Part shown: positions 12,100-23,959 of the stretch, one piece after another | How the letters are laid out: each line of letters opens with the position of its first letter | How positions within the stretch are numbered: position 1 is the stretch's first letter | Assembly (NCBI RefSeq): GCF_018350175.1 | Contig: NC_058373.1 | Coordinates: forward strand, 105,898,001-105,962,000 | Source: Felis catus | Lineage: Eukaryota | Direction of reading: 5' to 3' | Length of the DNA: 64,000 nucleotides | Program-made: the position numbers and the translations under genes | Notes under the pieces: model-generated | What the model saw: the letters and a program-made list of their open reading frames with translations, nothing else | What the model was told of the DNA's origin: nothing | Databases searched by the model: none

Positions 12100-12910
12100 T
12101 AAGGCCAGGAAGACCTGAGCTTGAATGTTGGCTCTATCATTGACTAGATGTATAGCTCTTCTAAACATTAATTTTCTCACCTGTAAAACAGAGATAATTC
12201 TTACCTCATAGAAAGGTAATAAGGGGCAAATTAAATAATGTGTATTGTCGGATAATAAAGAATTTTTCTGTTCTTTGTCCTGGATTTCTGGCTGGGAGTT
12301 TCTAAAACCCTTGGAATTTCCCAAATGTCTTTGTGATTCATGAGCCTTTTGGGTCGCCCCCGAATTCGTGCTATCAAGACAGAGATGGTTCAGGATAGGG
12401 GCTGTTACCAAAAAGACCAAACGTGTGATTAGAGGGTTGGGGCTTTAGAGCATGGGATATCAGCCAAATCTCCTGGCTTTTTTGGAGACTCCACAAGGAG
12501 ACTCTGCATTTGGGATCTTCTCATTCCTCATCCATGTCTCTTCACTTGACTGGTCCTGATTTATGTCCTTTGCAGTAAAACTTTAATAATTAAGTATAGT
12601 GTTTTCCTGAGTTCTGTGCATTGTTCTAGTGAATTATCAAACCTGCGGGCATTGTGGGAACACCCAAATTTGTAGCGAGTCAGTCAGAAGCACAGGCCTA
12701 GACACCCCCCAAGGTGTGGCTGACCTCTGAAGTGAGGGCAGTCTTGTGGAGAACTGAGCCCTTAAGTTGCAGGGTCTGGGCTAACTTTGGGTGGTTAGTG
12801 CCAGAATTGACTTCCAGTACACCAGTTGGGGTCAGAATGGGTATAAAATGCTTAGACCGTACCTGGAACATGTTAGAGCTTAATAAAGGCTAAGTACTTT
12901 TATTGCTTTC
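12100..12910 (+). mobile_element. MIR split by an LTR (MIR parts ~12100-12245 and ~12840-12910)
   Basis: MIR core TTTTCTCACCTGTAAAA..GATAAT; 3' part AAATGCTTAG..CCTGG resumes after the LTR. Confidence 0.7.
12246..12838 (+). mobile_element. MER21-like ERV solo LTR
   Basis: TG start; CTAAAACCCTTGGAATTTCC, GGGGCTGTTACCAAAAAGACC and TTTCCTGAGTTCTGTG motifs. Confidence 0.7.
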
Positions 12911-13409
12911 AATTATTGTCATTAAGGTTGTCCCTACTCGACTGAGTTACTGGAATCCTAGCGATGTTGAAATGATATTTAACTATTATTCTGCAGTCCT
13001 CATCAGAGTTTCATGAGTGTTTTCCTCAACATGTGGCTGTCTCCAAGCCTCTTTCTCTGAATAGAAAGCTGAAATGAGGGACTTGGATCCTCATCAAGTT
13101 CGTGAAGAAAACCGAGAACATCACCAGCCCTTCTCTCAGATGACCACCATCAATAGCACCCAGTTGAAAGGCTCCCACACGAATGCCACTTACAAAGTAC
13201 ACAGGCTTCTGTGCCTTTCAGAATTTGGAGTCACCTGAAGGAGGTAGAGTTCTAGTCAAACGAGAGGTGACCTCATGTCTCTATTCTGAGGGCAGCCACC
13301 ATATGGAAGGGGAATCCCAACTCACAGCCCCTTGAATGGCTGAGGCCTGTGCTCAAAGCAGAATTACCAAAATTGGACGATGTGGGGAATGTGTTTTAAA
13401 CACATAAGC

Positions 13410-13640
13410 GTGGTAGAAAAAAAAACACGGGATCTGCAGTTTGGTAGAAATGTGTTCAGATGTAGTCTTTGCAACTAGCCAACTGTATGACTGGGGATAA
13501 ATGTTTTAATCTCCCTGAATCTGTTTCTCCCCTACATACAATGGAATAGCAATGAGTCACTTACGAGGTGGTTGGGAAGAAACAGCGAGATGATGCACGC
13601 ATTTACCACAGCACCCAGCTCGTAAGAAGACACTGGATGT
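13410..13640 (+). mobile_element. MIR
   Basis: Degenerate core (AATCTCCCTGAATCTGTTTCTCC...AATGGAATA). Confidence 0.6.
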
Positions 13641-14771
13641 ATGTGACTCCCTCTCCCCTTTGCTTCATGGGGCATGGTGAGAGGGAAATCCTTCCATTTG
13701 CTTACTATTTAAAAAGCCCAGTGCGGACAGCTTTCTAGGATTGGGTTACCAGTTATTCTTTTCCTGAAAGGCAAGTCTTAGGTTACAGTTTTATTGTAAA
13801 CATCTCCAAAACACTGCAGGCAGAAAGATCAAGGAGATTTGCAGTTCCTAGAAGGTTGCATGAAGGTTTGTATTTCAGGGTTGATCTGCTGGTGGACGGG
13901 ATTCTGTCGTCAGGAGTTTTCTTTCTCCATGTGGCTTCTCAGCAGATCATCTGACCTTCACAGTTTATTCCCCACAATTTGTACCTTTGTACGGGTAGTG
14001 TTTTTGATAACGTTGGCATTTAGAGAACATTCCTGTTCAGAATCCATGTATGGGATGGAACTGAACTCTTCCAGTAATGAAGAATCTTTTTATTTAGCCG
14101 GGGCTTTCAACTCTTCATCTCTCCTATCTCCCCGATGTGAAAATCCTGCCTGCCTTTATTGCCCAAACAGAAATGACTGCGAAGTTCGAGGTCACTTTCA
14201 ACAGATAACTATTTATGTGGTGCCCTAGGGAGGGGGGGATATGGATGCTTCAGAAGGAATGTGCTTTTATGGCACACAGGGTCTGTAAGTTGCTAGGCTT
14301 AAAAACATCATTAGACTGATACTAATCAATGAATAATTAAGTCTTTGTAATTAAGGATGTGTGCAAACATTAATTGCAAAAATAGTCACCCTGGTATTTC
14401 TCAGCGTTTCTACCTCATAAACTAGTAATTCATTAAAAAGTAGTTAATAGTTATAGAATTCTGTATTAGCCGTTAAAAGTGAAGTTGTACAAGTATATGT
14501 ATTAACATATTTGTACATTAGCAATCTACATGTGCAAAATAATGAAATTATGTACTATACAGTCCCCATTTTGGTAAAAAATAAAATTGCATATTAAAAA
14601 CTAAAAACCGAATTAAAAACTACATTATCTGTAGACGAATACTACAAGGAAACTGTCTAAAAGGACATGCACTAAAATGCAAATGACAGAATGATAGCTG
14701 AATTTTATATTCTTCTTTTTTCTGGAATATAGTTTCAATCTTTCTATAGCGAACACACATCACTGACATAC

Positions 14772-14887
14772 TTTTTTTTTTTCTTAAGATTTTACTTTTG
14801 AACTAACCTCTACACCCAACATGGGGCTCAAACCTACAACCTGACATCAAGAGTCACGGCCCACCAACTGGGCCAACCAGGAGCCCC
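14772..14887 (-). mobile_element. Short CAN-SINE
   Basis: Reverse head CCAGGAGCCCC; T-tail. Confidence 0.75.
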
Positions 14888-15826
14888 ACAGCTGGCATAC
14901 CTTCTTAAAGCTATTGTTAAAATAATTATTTTCTGATCACCAGACTGGGCTCTGCGAGGTGTAAGGCAAGCGTAATAAGGTTTCACAGTGAAAAAAGAGT
15001 TTACATGTGACTAAAGGGCCGTGTAACTAAAGAGCCAGCCTCAGCTGAGCACTAGGATGCTTGTGTCCATCACAGACTCGCCTCTGCATGAGACAACCCT
15101 GGGCACGCCACTTCCGTTCTCTGTACATCACTTTTTCCACATGTAAAAAAGCACAATGACTTTCCACACCTTGATGTGATATCACAAGATTGGTTGCGGG
15201 CCTCATGCTTGCGCTGGGGTCGCAGGAAAACCCTGCACACTGTCAGCACCCTGGATTTCCATTCGTGATGTGAGCAATGAGTTTGTTGGAGTATTTATTT
15301 AGTGTTTCTATTTATTTTTGCTATTATTAGATTATGTTCTGGAAACTTTTCCATGCATCATGGAGAGAGGCTTCTCTGTGGGGAATCTTGAATTGGTAAT
15401 CATTTCCATCAGGAGCAGTGAATCCTCGGCTTTTGCTTCTCTGTTAAGTTCGAGGCGCTCTTTTATAAGTCTCTGTACTGTTTGGTTTTGCAGGGCAGGC
15501 TTTACTAAAGTGAAATTTCACCAACAGCATGGCCTCTGACAATAGAACTGGGTAATTCAAGGGAAAGGAAGTTAAGAGTTTTTAGTGGCTGTTTAGACAA
15601 TATGCAGGCCACTAAAGAGAAAATAGATCACAAAACACAGAGATACCATCAAGGTATACAAGTTGGTCTCCAGCTTTTATGAAGTCTTTATAATGTCTGT
15701 GTGAGACCCTATGGTTCAGAGGCTTGAGTTTTTGCAATGTCTAATGATATGGAAAAATGTTAATCTAATTATTTAAAAAGAGAGAGCAGGGGGATTGCTA
15801 CCAATTGTTCCTTCAAATTAAACTTA

Positions 15827-15960
15827 GGGGCATGTTGAAACCGACTGGGTGGCTTGTCGGTTGAGTGGCTGACACTTGATTTTGATTTTGACTCGTGATC
15901 CCAGGGTCATGGGATCAAGCTTTGAGTCGGGCTCTGTGCTGAGCATGGAGTCTGCTTGGG

Positions 15961-15999
<39 letters not shown>

Positions 16000-16060
16000 T
16001 TCCCTCTGCCCCTCTCCCCCACTCACATACTCTCTCTAAAATTAAAAAAAAAATTTAAAT
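15827..16060 (+). mobile_element. Older CAN-SINE
   Basis: GTCATGGGATCAAGC..., (TC)n, A tail. Confidence 0.85.
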
Positions 16061-18413
16061 ATTAAACTTAATAAGATAAATCTGACCTTGGGCATTTAAA
16101 TCAGAATAAATAACAATGTTGGTAAGTCTTAAAATAGGTTAAGATTGTCTTCCTGAATAGCTCTGTAACATGCACACTTCTACCTTTGGCAGAAAACTGG
16201 AATATTGGAATTCTAAGGTCACAGATGATCGATGTTGGGTGGCTGATCATGATTCATTTTTAATTCCAATCTAACCATTAATTAAAGTAGGTATCTTTGA
16301 CTTAACATTCAGTGCAAGAAAAGCTCAAAGAGAAAACGTGACACACACACCCCCTAAAAAACCACCGCATGGTTCCACTATCACCTTTATATCTGCTGTT
16401 CATGGTAGCTATAGTAACTAGCATTTAAGACGCAAACACACAAAATCAAAGTCCTAGGCTGATGCAATAATTCTCAAATGGCTTTGTTCCACGTCTAAGA
16501 TTTCCCTGCCTGCTCTTGCATCATATTTCATGTCCAAATCCTCAAGTGACTAACTTACTGCTTTGGGATGGGCAGGCAAAGGGGGAAAGGGTGGACGGGA
16601 GTCAGGATGCATTAGGCCCACCTGCCCTTTCAGAGAAAAAAAAAATGTAGATGCCCAGGGCAGTTAGAGAGACTCAGCCCCCTCTGTGTTCTGCTGGGAA
16701 AGAAAGAGGCTGGGCTGTGACAGCTGTTGCATTGTTGGGAGCAGTGCTTGTCCAGCCCCCTCCAGGAGCGTGGATGGGGTCAGCCCTGCCTTGTCCAGCC
16801 ACAAACTTACCTTGCTTGGTAAGACCTTGCTTGGGGGCAGGGGCTGGAAGGTGGGGTAGGGGCGGGGCTTCCAATTCTAGCCCGAAAAAGGAGAGATGAT
16901 TTTCCAAGGGTTGAATTCAAAGCAAAGAGAGAGCAGAGTGGGAGAGGGAAGTTAAGCTGTAAGTAATAATCTAAGCTTTTCTGAAACACAAATTGGGCCA
17001 GTGGTTTTTAGTGGGATTTAAATGAACATTTTGGTTTATTTCATCTATTTTTGTAGCAGATACGGGCAACGTGTTTAAACAGAAAAGTGGTGAATAGTCA
17101 CCCTTCCATTCAGGTGTTTATATTTTCAGCATAAAGGCATCGCTGACAAATTGTATCCAAGACTGGCCTACTATGCTAAAAACACACTTTCCTGGTATTC
17201 CTGTAATTAAGAAAAATTAGGGCACTTCCCAAACAGGGGGAATTGCAGACCTCAAAATACCCCTCTTGGAAGACTATATATGACATTACATTACAGGGAC
17301 ATTAGCCTCGGTTGGAATAGTTTTACACACATAAACCCTTAACTGAATGATAAACTAGTAATTCCCAAGCATTTCCTTAAAGGGAGCTTAATATTTTGGT
17401 TGGCAAATGTGCCTGGGGAAGTATTACATTAATAATACTTGCTTTTTACACAGTTCCTTTCTTTACGTAGTCAGCATGCTTTATGGTGGATCAGATTCAC
17501 AAACTGAAAAGAGAATGAACACACTTGAGCTTTTATGACTTACTCTGTCAAAAGAATGCTCTCAAAAAGCACAAAAGTAAAGCCCTGCCTCATGCCTGAG
17601 GGAAAGGCTAAACGATTAATGGCTTAAGAAACATAGATAAAATTGCAATAGATATAAGGTAATAATCCATTAATCAGATATGGGAAGATACATAATATTA
17701 CTCTGTTAATGAAGATTATAACTGTAATCCAGCCTTGGACCTACCCAAATCAGGTTGGACCTAAATCCAAGGCCTGGGGATAAAAAATAGAAACCTATAA
17801 CACAAATGTTCCATTTCCTCAGGCCCCTAGACTCAATCACATCTGTTGGGTGAGTTCTCTGACACTGCTAAGTGGAGAGATGACTTGGGGAAAAGAGTCC
17901 TAGAACTTTCCTGTATGCCTGAAGTGCCACATATGACATTTATGTCTGAAAAGCTCATTTATTCATTTAGTTCCATGGTCAGTGCCCATGTAAAGGGTGG
18001 GCAAGGGGAGGGAACTAGGAGTCCCATTCCCATTATCTTATCTGCCTTTTCAGGGCTAAGCCTAAAAGAAAAAGCAGCATTAGTGAAAGAGGTACAGCTG
18101 TTGGAAATGCTTTTTTATTTCGGTCAATTGGAAGACAAGTACAATGTGATTTCTTAATGCAAAGGGACAGATGCCATTTAATGCAGCCATTACCAAAAGA
18201 AGGGTATGTCTTATTGATTGCCGTAGCTAAGAGCCATGCTGATAAATACAAAATCGGCATTAACAAGGCATTATGCCCTGAGCAGTCCAGATATTCACTA
18301 CAGGAGACACAGTCAACTAAATCTGGGTTTCAGTTACAAGTGACTTAGGAAGGCTGCTTACCCGGCTCTTTTGAAAACCTCAGTCCAAAAACACAGCAAC
18401 CTTCTAAATAAAA

Positions 18414-20267
18414 GTATAGTGAAGAAAGTAGTCCAGTATCATTCTTTTGCATGTTGCTGTCCAGTTTTCCCAACACCATTTCTTGAAGAGACTGTCTTTT
18501 TCCCATTGGATATTCTTTCCTGCCTTGTTGAAGATTAATTGATCATATAGTTGTAGGTTCATTTCTGGGTTTTCTCTTCTGTTCTTTTGATCTATGTGTC
18601 TATATTTTTGTGATCATACCATACTGTTTTGATCACTACAGCTTTGTAATATAATTGGGCATCCAGAATTGTGATACTTCCAGCTTTGCTTTTCTTTTGC
18701 AAGGTTGTTTTGTCTATTCAGGGTCTTTTGTGGTTCCATACAAATTTTAGGATTGTTTGTTCTAGTTCTGTGAAAAATGGTGGTGGTATTTTAATAGGGG
18801 TTGCATTAAATGAGTGGATTGCTTTGGGTGGTATAGACATTTTAACAATATTTATTCTTCCAATCCATGAGCATGGAATATCATTCCATTTCTTTGTGTC
18901 ATCTTCAATTTCTTTTAGCAATGTTTTATAGTTTTCAGAGTACAGGTCTTTCACCTATTTGGTTTGGTTTATTCCTAGGTATCTTGTTGGGTTTGGTACA
19001 ATTGTAAATGGGATTGCTTTCCTCATTTCTCTTCCTGCCGCTTTATTATTGGTGGATAGAAATGCAATAAATTTTTGTGCATTTATTTTCAATCCTACAA
19101 CTTTACTGAATTTATGTATCAGTTCTAACAATTTTTTGGTAGAGCCTTTCGGGTTTTCAATATAAAGTATCACATCATCTGCAAATAGTGAAAGTTTGAC
19201 TTCTTCCTCGCCAATTTGAATGCCTTTGTTTCTTTCTGTTGTCTTTTTGTTGCTGTGGCTAAAACTTTCAGTTTACTACACCCTATACAAAAAAATAAAT
19301 TTAAAATGGATTGAAGACCTAAATGTAAGACATGAAACCATACAAATCCTAGAGGAGAACACAGGTAGTAACCTCTTTGACATCAGTCATAGCAACGTCT
19401 TTCTAGATATGTCTCCTGAGGCAAGGGAAACAAAAGCAAAGATAAACTATTGGGACTCCATCAAAATAAAAAGCTTCTGCACGGCAAAGGAAACAGTCAT
19501 CAAAACTAAACAGCAACCCATGGAATGGGAGAAGATATTTGTAAATGACATATCTGATAAAGGGTTAGTATTCAAACTACATAAAGAACCTATAAAACTC
19601 AAAAACAAATAATATAATTAAAAACCAGCAGAAGACATGAATAGACAGTTTTTCAAAGAGGACTTCCAGATGGCCAATAGACACATGAAAAAAAGCTCAA
19701 CATCACTGATCATCAGAGAAATACAAATCAAAACCACAATGAGATATCATCTCACACCTTTCAGAATGGCTAAAGTCAACAACGCAAGAAACAACAGGTG
19801 TTGGCAAGGATGAGGAGAAAGGGGAACCCTCTCGCACTGTTGGTGGGAATGCAACCTGGTGCAGCCACTCTGGAAAAGAGTTTCCTCAAAAAAGTTAAAA
19901 TTAGGGGTGCCTGGGTGGCTCAGTCAGTTAAGCATCTGACTTCAGCTCAGGTCATGATCTCATGGTTTGTGGGTTTGAGCCCTGTGTCGGGCTCTGTGCT
20001 GACAGCCAGAGTCTGGAGCCTGCTTCAGATTCTGTCTCTCTCTCTCTCCCTCAAAAATAATAAATAAACATTTAAAAAAGTTAAAATTAGAACTGCCCTA
20101 CAATCCAGCAATTGCACTACTAGATATTTACTGAAAGAATACAAAAATACTAATTTGAAGGGATGCATATATCCTGATGTTTATAGCAGCACTATCCACA
20201 ATAGCCAAATTGTGGAAACAGCCCAAGTGTCCATTGACTGATGAATGGATGAAGAAGATGTGGCATA

Positions 20268-20309
<42 letters not shown>

Positions 20310-20710
20310 TACATACACGATGGATTATTACTCAACCATAAAAAAGAATGAAATCGTGTCGTTTGCAACAATGTGGATGGAGCTAAGCAAAATAAGTCAG
20401 TCAGAGAAAGACAAATACCATATGATTTCACTCATACGTGGAATTTAAGAACCAAAACAAATGAGCAAAGAGGAAAAAAAGGGAGAGGCAAGCCAAGACA
20501 AAGACTGTTAACTGTAGAGAACAAACTGATAGTTATCAGAGGGGAGATGGGCGGTGGCATGGGTTAGATAGGTGGTGGGGATTAAGGAGTGCACTTGTTG
20601 TGATGAGCACTGGTGTGATATGAAAGTGGTGAATCACTCAATCCTACACCTGAAACTAATACAACATTGTGTTAACTAACTGGAATTTAAATGAAAACTG
20701 TTTTGAAAAA
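18414..20710 (+). mobile_element. 5'-truncated, 5'-inverted carnivore L1 (inverted part 18414-~19272; sense part ~19273-20710)
   Basis: The - strand encodes ORF2 RT (LFADD at ~19174-19188; [33 protein letters not shown]). The + strand continues with KWIEDLNVRHETIQILEEN and the L1 3'UTR. Confidence 0.93.
19904..20073 (+). mobile_element. CAN-SINE inserted in the L1
   Basis: TSD AAAAAAGTTAAAATTAG (19888, 20074). Confidence 0.92.
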
Positions 20711-21418
20711 GAGCGTACAAATGCATCAAGGTCAGGTTTGAGAGAATCAAGTGGGCTGGGGAAGGGTTCATTCCATCAGGGTACCAAAAGTCCCATCAAA
20801 GCCAATACCCTACCTGTCTCAATCCCCCAGAGACACCCCAGACCGTAGGCTTAGAGGTGCCAGAGAGACTTGATTCCAAATCATACATGTGTGATCGAGG
20901 GCAAATCACCCAATCTCTCTGAATGTCAACTTCTCGTTGATTTACGGACAAGTAATAACTTAAAGTACACAAAGCGCTTACTTAGCACGGTGCCAGGAAC
21001 ACGTGAGGCTTTCCCTATCCCTCTTCAACTTCACTCCCCTGCCATTTCTTTCTCTGCTTTAGACCCGCAGGGCTATTCCAAGGCTATTCTTCTGCTTATC
21101 GATACATTCATTTGCTCAGCATTTTGTCAGTTGTCGGTCTTCAGATTTTTCCACAATTGAGAAGCAACCATGAGAAAAAGCAGAATGGCATATCTTCTTT
21201 ATGAGGATAAAAAGAAATAATGCAAATAAAGTGCGTGTGGGAGGTGGGCTTTCCTATATTCGTTCTTTCTACACGTACTTGCTGTATGTGACTGTGCCAA
21301 GAATGGAGCCAGACTTGTCCCCAGCCTCTGTGGGGTGGAACAGGGGGATGGGACAGTGTTGAGGCAGGATGGGACACCTCAACTCAAGCACTACCTCTTT
21401 TTTAGAGGCAGTGCTTGA

Positions 21419-21633
21419 GGGGCGCCTGGGTGGCTCAGTCGGTTAAGCGGCTGACTTCGGCTCAGGTCATGATCTCACGGTCCGTGAGTTCGAGCCCCGC
21501 GTCGGGCTCTGTGCTGAGGGCTCAGAGCCTGGAGCCTGTTTCAGATTCTGTGTCTCCCTCTCTCTGACCCTCCCCCATTCATGCTCTGTCTCTCTCTGTC
21601 TCAAAAAATAAATAAACGTTAAAAAAAAAATTT
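21419..21633 (+). mobile_element. Felid CAN-SINE
   Basis: TSD (TTT)AGAGGCAGTGCTTGAG at 21404 and 21634. Confidence 0.95.
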
Positions 21634-21853
21634 AGAGGCAGTGCTTGAGTTGAATCTTGTAGGGGAGAGTGAGGAGTGTGGGTTAGAACGAGGGGAGTGG
21701 AGAGGGAAGAAGTACCGGGTAAACAGAACACACATAGAGCTTCCAAGGCACTTTTTAGTCTACTGCTCTCAAACATGAGCAGCCGGAGATTGCCACCCTC
21801 TGAGGAAACCTCCTCACATAAAACAACTAAAACTAAAAAAGTAAAAAAAACAA

Positions 21854-21854
<1 letters not shown>

Positions 21855-21889
<35 letters not shown>
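21855..21889 (+). repeat. (AAC)n microsatellite
   Basis: Seen directly. Confidence 0.9.
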
Positions 21890-22398
21890 AACCCCCCACT
21901 ACTTTGAGGGAAAAGAAATAACGTAAGAAGAACTCTTCCAAAGAAATCGTTATTAATAACTTCGTTGAAATTAAGGAAAATATCCTACCCGTGAAACAAC
22001 AGAATTCTGTAAACAATTAAAGAACAAACAAATAAACTCTCAAATAAAATTCTTCAAAACAAGATCAAGGTAGATGAGATGTAGAATAAAAGCTAAGGAA
22101 ATGAGAGAATCTGACTTTTAAGGTGGACAAAGATGAAGGCTGTTACCACATTATAGATTTTTTTTCCTTCATAAAAGGCTACACACTAGAATTATTTCGA
22201 ATACCCCAAGGAGCTGACTGTGAGAGAGTAGAAGATACCCCAAGGATAAGGGGCTGCTGAGAAGTAAAATATTTAATATCTATTTCTCAGTCTAGAGAGG
22301 GAAATTGATGTCTCCCATCCTGTGAGTTCTTGGTCACAAAACCATGTGGTAAAAGGTGGTGAGACTTTGTGCCTCATCTGTTAAAGAATAATTTTTAC

Positions 22399-22618
22399 AG
22401 GAGCGCCTGGGTGGCTCAGTCGGTTAAGCGTCCAACTTCAGCTCAGGTCACGATCTCACAGTCCGTGAGTTCGAGCCCCGTGTCAGGCTCTGTGCTGCCA
22501 GCTCAGAGCCTGGATTCTGCTTTACATTCTCTGTCTTCCTCTCTCTCCGTCCCTCCCCTGATCGTGCTCTGTCTCTCTCTGTCTCAGAAATAAATAAAAA
22601 CATTTAAAAGATTTTTTA
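22399..22618 (+). mobile_element. Felid CAN-SINE
   Basis: TSD AAAGAATAATTTTTACA. Confidence 0.92.
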
Positions 22619-23117
22619 AAAAGAATAATTTTTACACAACGATAAAATAATGCTCTCATATAAATACAAAATAAACACATGTGAAAGGTTTTTTTTCTCA
22701 CTAATAATGAGGGAACCAGCAAGATATTATAATGGGTTGAGAAGAAAACTCAAAGTAATACACATTTGTAGTGATAAAAGGAAAGCAGAGATAAATTTGA
22801 AGGAAGAAACTCGAAAATGAATTTTATTTGCCTTAGTTTTTAATACCTGAGTCTGAAAAGAAGCTACGAAGTGTGTTAAAAATCTCAGTAATATTTGCTC
22901 AGTTCTGAGCCTTTTTTATTTGCTTTTTTGTTTGTTTGCTGATTAATGCCTTTGCCTACAACATGAAAGGTTATTCTTTACTTTAAGAGTAATCTACCTA
23001 GGTAGTAAAAATCCTGTGCCTTAGGAAAATTTTCGGTGCTCCATGTTCATTTTATTATATCCTTTATTACTTAAGTGTACCCCCAAAGAATCCTCACTTA
23101 TGATAGAGCTATGGTTC

Positions 23118-23325
23118 TTTTTTTAAAGTTATTTATTTATTTTGAGAGAGAGAGAAATAGGTGGGGAGATGCAGAGAGGGATGGAGAGAGAGAGAGAATC
23201 CTAAGCAGGCTCTACATTGTCAGTGCAGAACTCGACGTGGGGCTCGATCCCACAAACCGTCAGGTTATGAACTGAGCCAAAATCAAGAGTCGGACGCTCA
23301 ACCAAATGAGCCCCCCAGGCACCCC
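23118..23325 (-). mobile_element. Older CAN-SINE
   Basis: Reverse head CCAGGCACCCC. Confidence 0.88.
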
Positions 23326-23959
23326 TCTGTGTTTATTTTAAAATGTTTTATTGCCGCTTTGATTAAACAGGTAACCAAGTGCCGTACCACGTGCACCCAT
23401 AAGCTCATCTTTACTGAATATCCAAATCTTCTCTGATAACTTTTTGGATTTTCGCCTTCTCGGAACGTGGGCTGACCCATGACAAAATTGTTAATTAGGT
23501 GAATTCTTCTTCAGCTCCTTCTTATTACATTCTAATTTCTATTTTTTTCTGGTTCCACACAGTTCCTTTCAAGGACCCAACACCAGGAAGTACACTTCCG
23601 GTAGCCCAAGGTATTCCTTTCATCAAGCAAAACCAATGGTGAAGGTTTTCCCTTCCCCAACTCCTCCATCAAAACCCACGTGCCCTGTGTTTCCATCCCT
23701 ATAATTCCTGTTATCGCTTCATCTGATGAACTATATTCCATGGTAAGGAGTTATCATTTGCACAGCAGAAGAAAACATTAAGATATATTTAAATAGTGGA
23801 GTACATATTGAGTACTGTTGTATGTTGGGCATTATGCTCTACCTACATCAACAGACATGGTCAATTCTTAGACTTGAGAAGCTTATATTCTATGAAATTA
23901 AGTCAATGTGGGACGTGTTACAGTAAAGTTGTATATAAAAAGTCCCAGAAGCCCTCACC

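Noticed and set aside
18718..19612. Reverse-transcriptase ORFs as a functional or novel RT system
   Set aside because: Frameshifted, truncated fragments of an ordinary L1 ORF2.
21579..22016. 145-aa hydrophobic poly-Val ORF
   Set aside because: Arises from the (AAC)n microsatellite plus a SINE tail.
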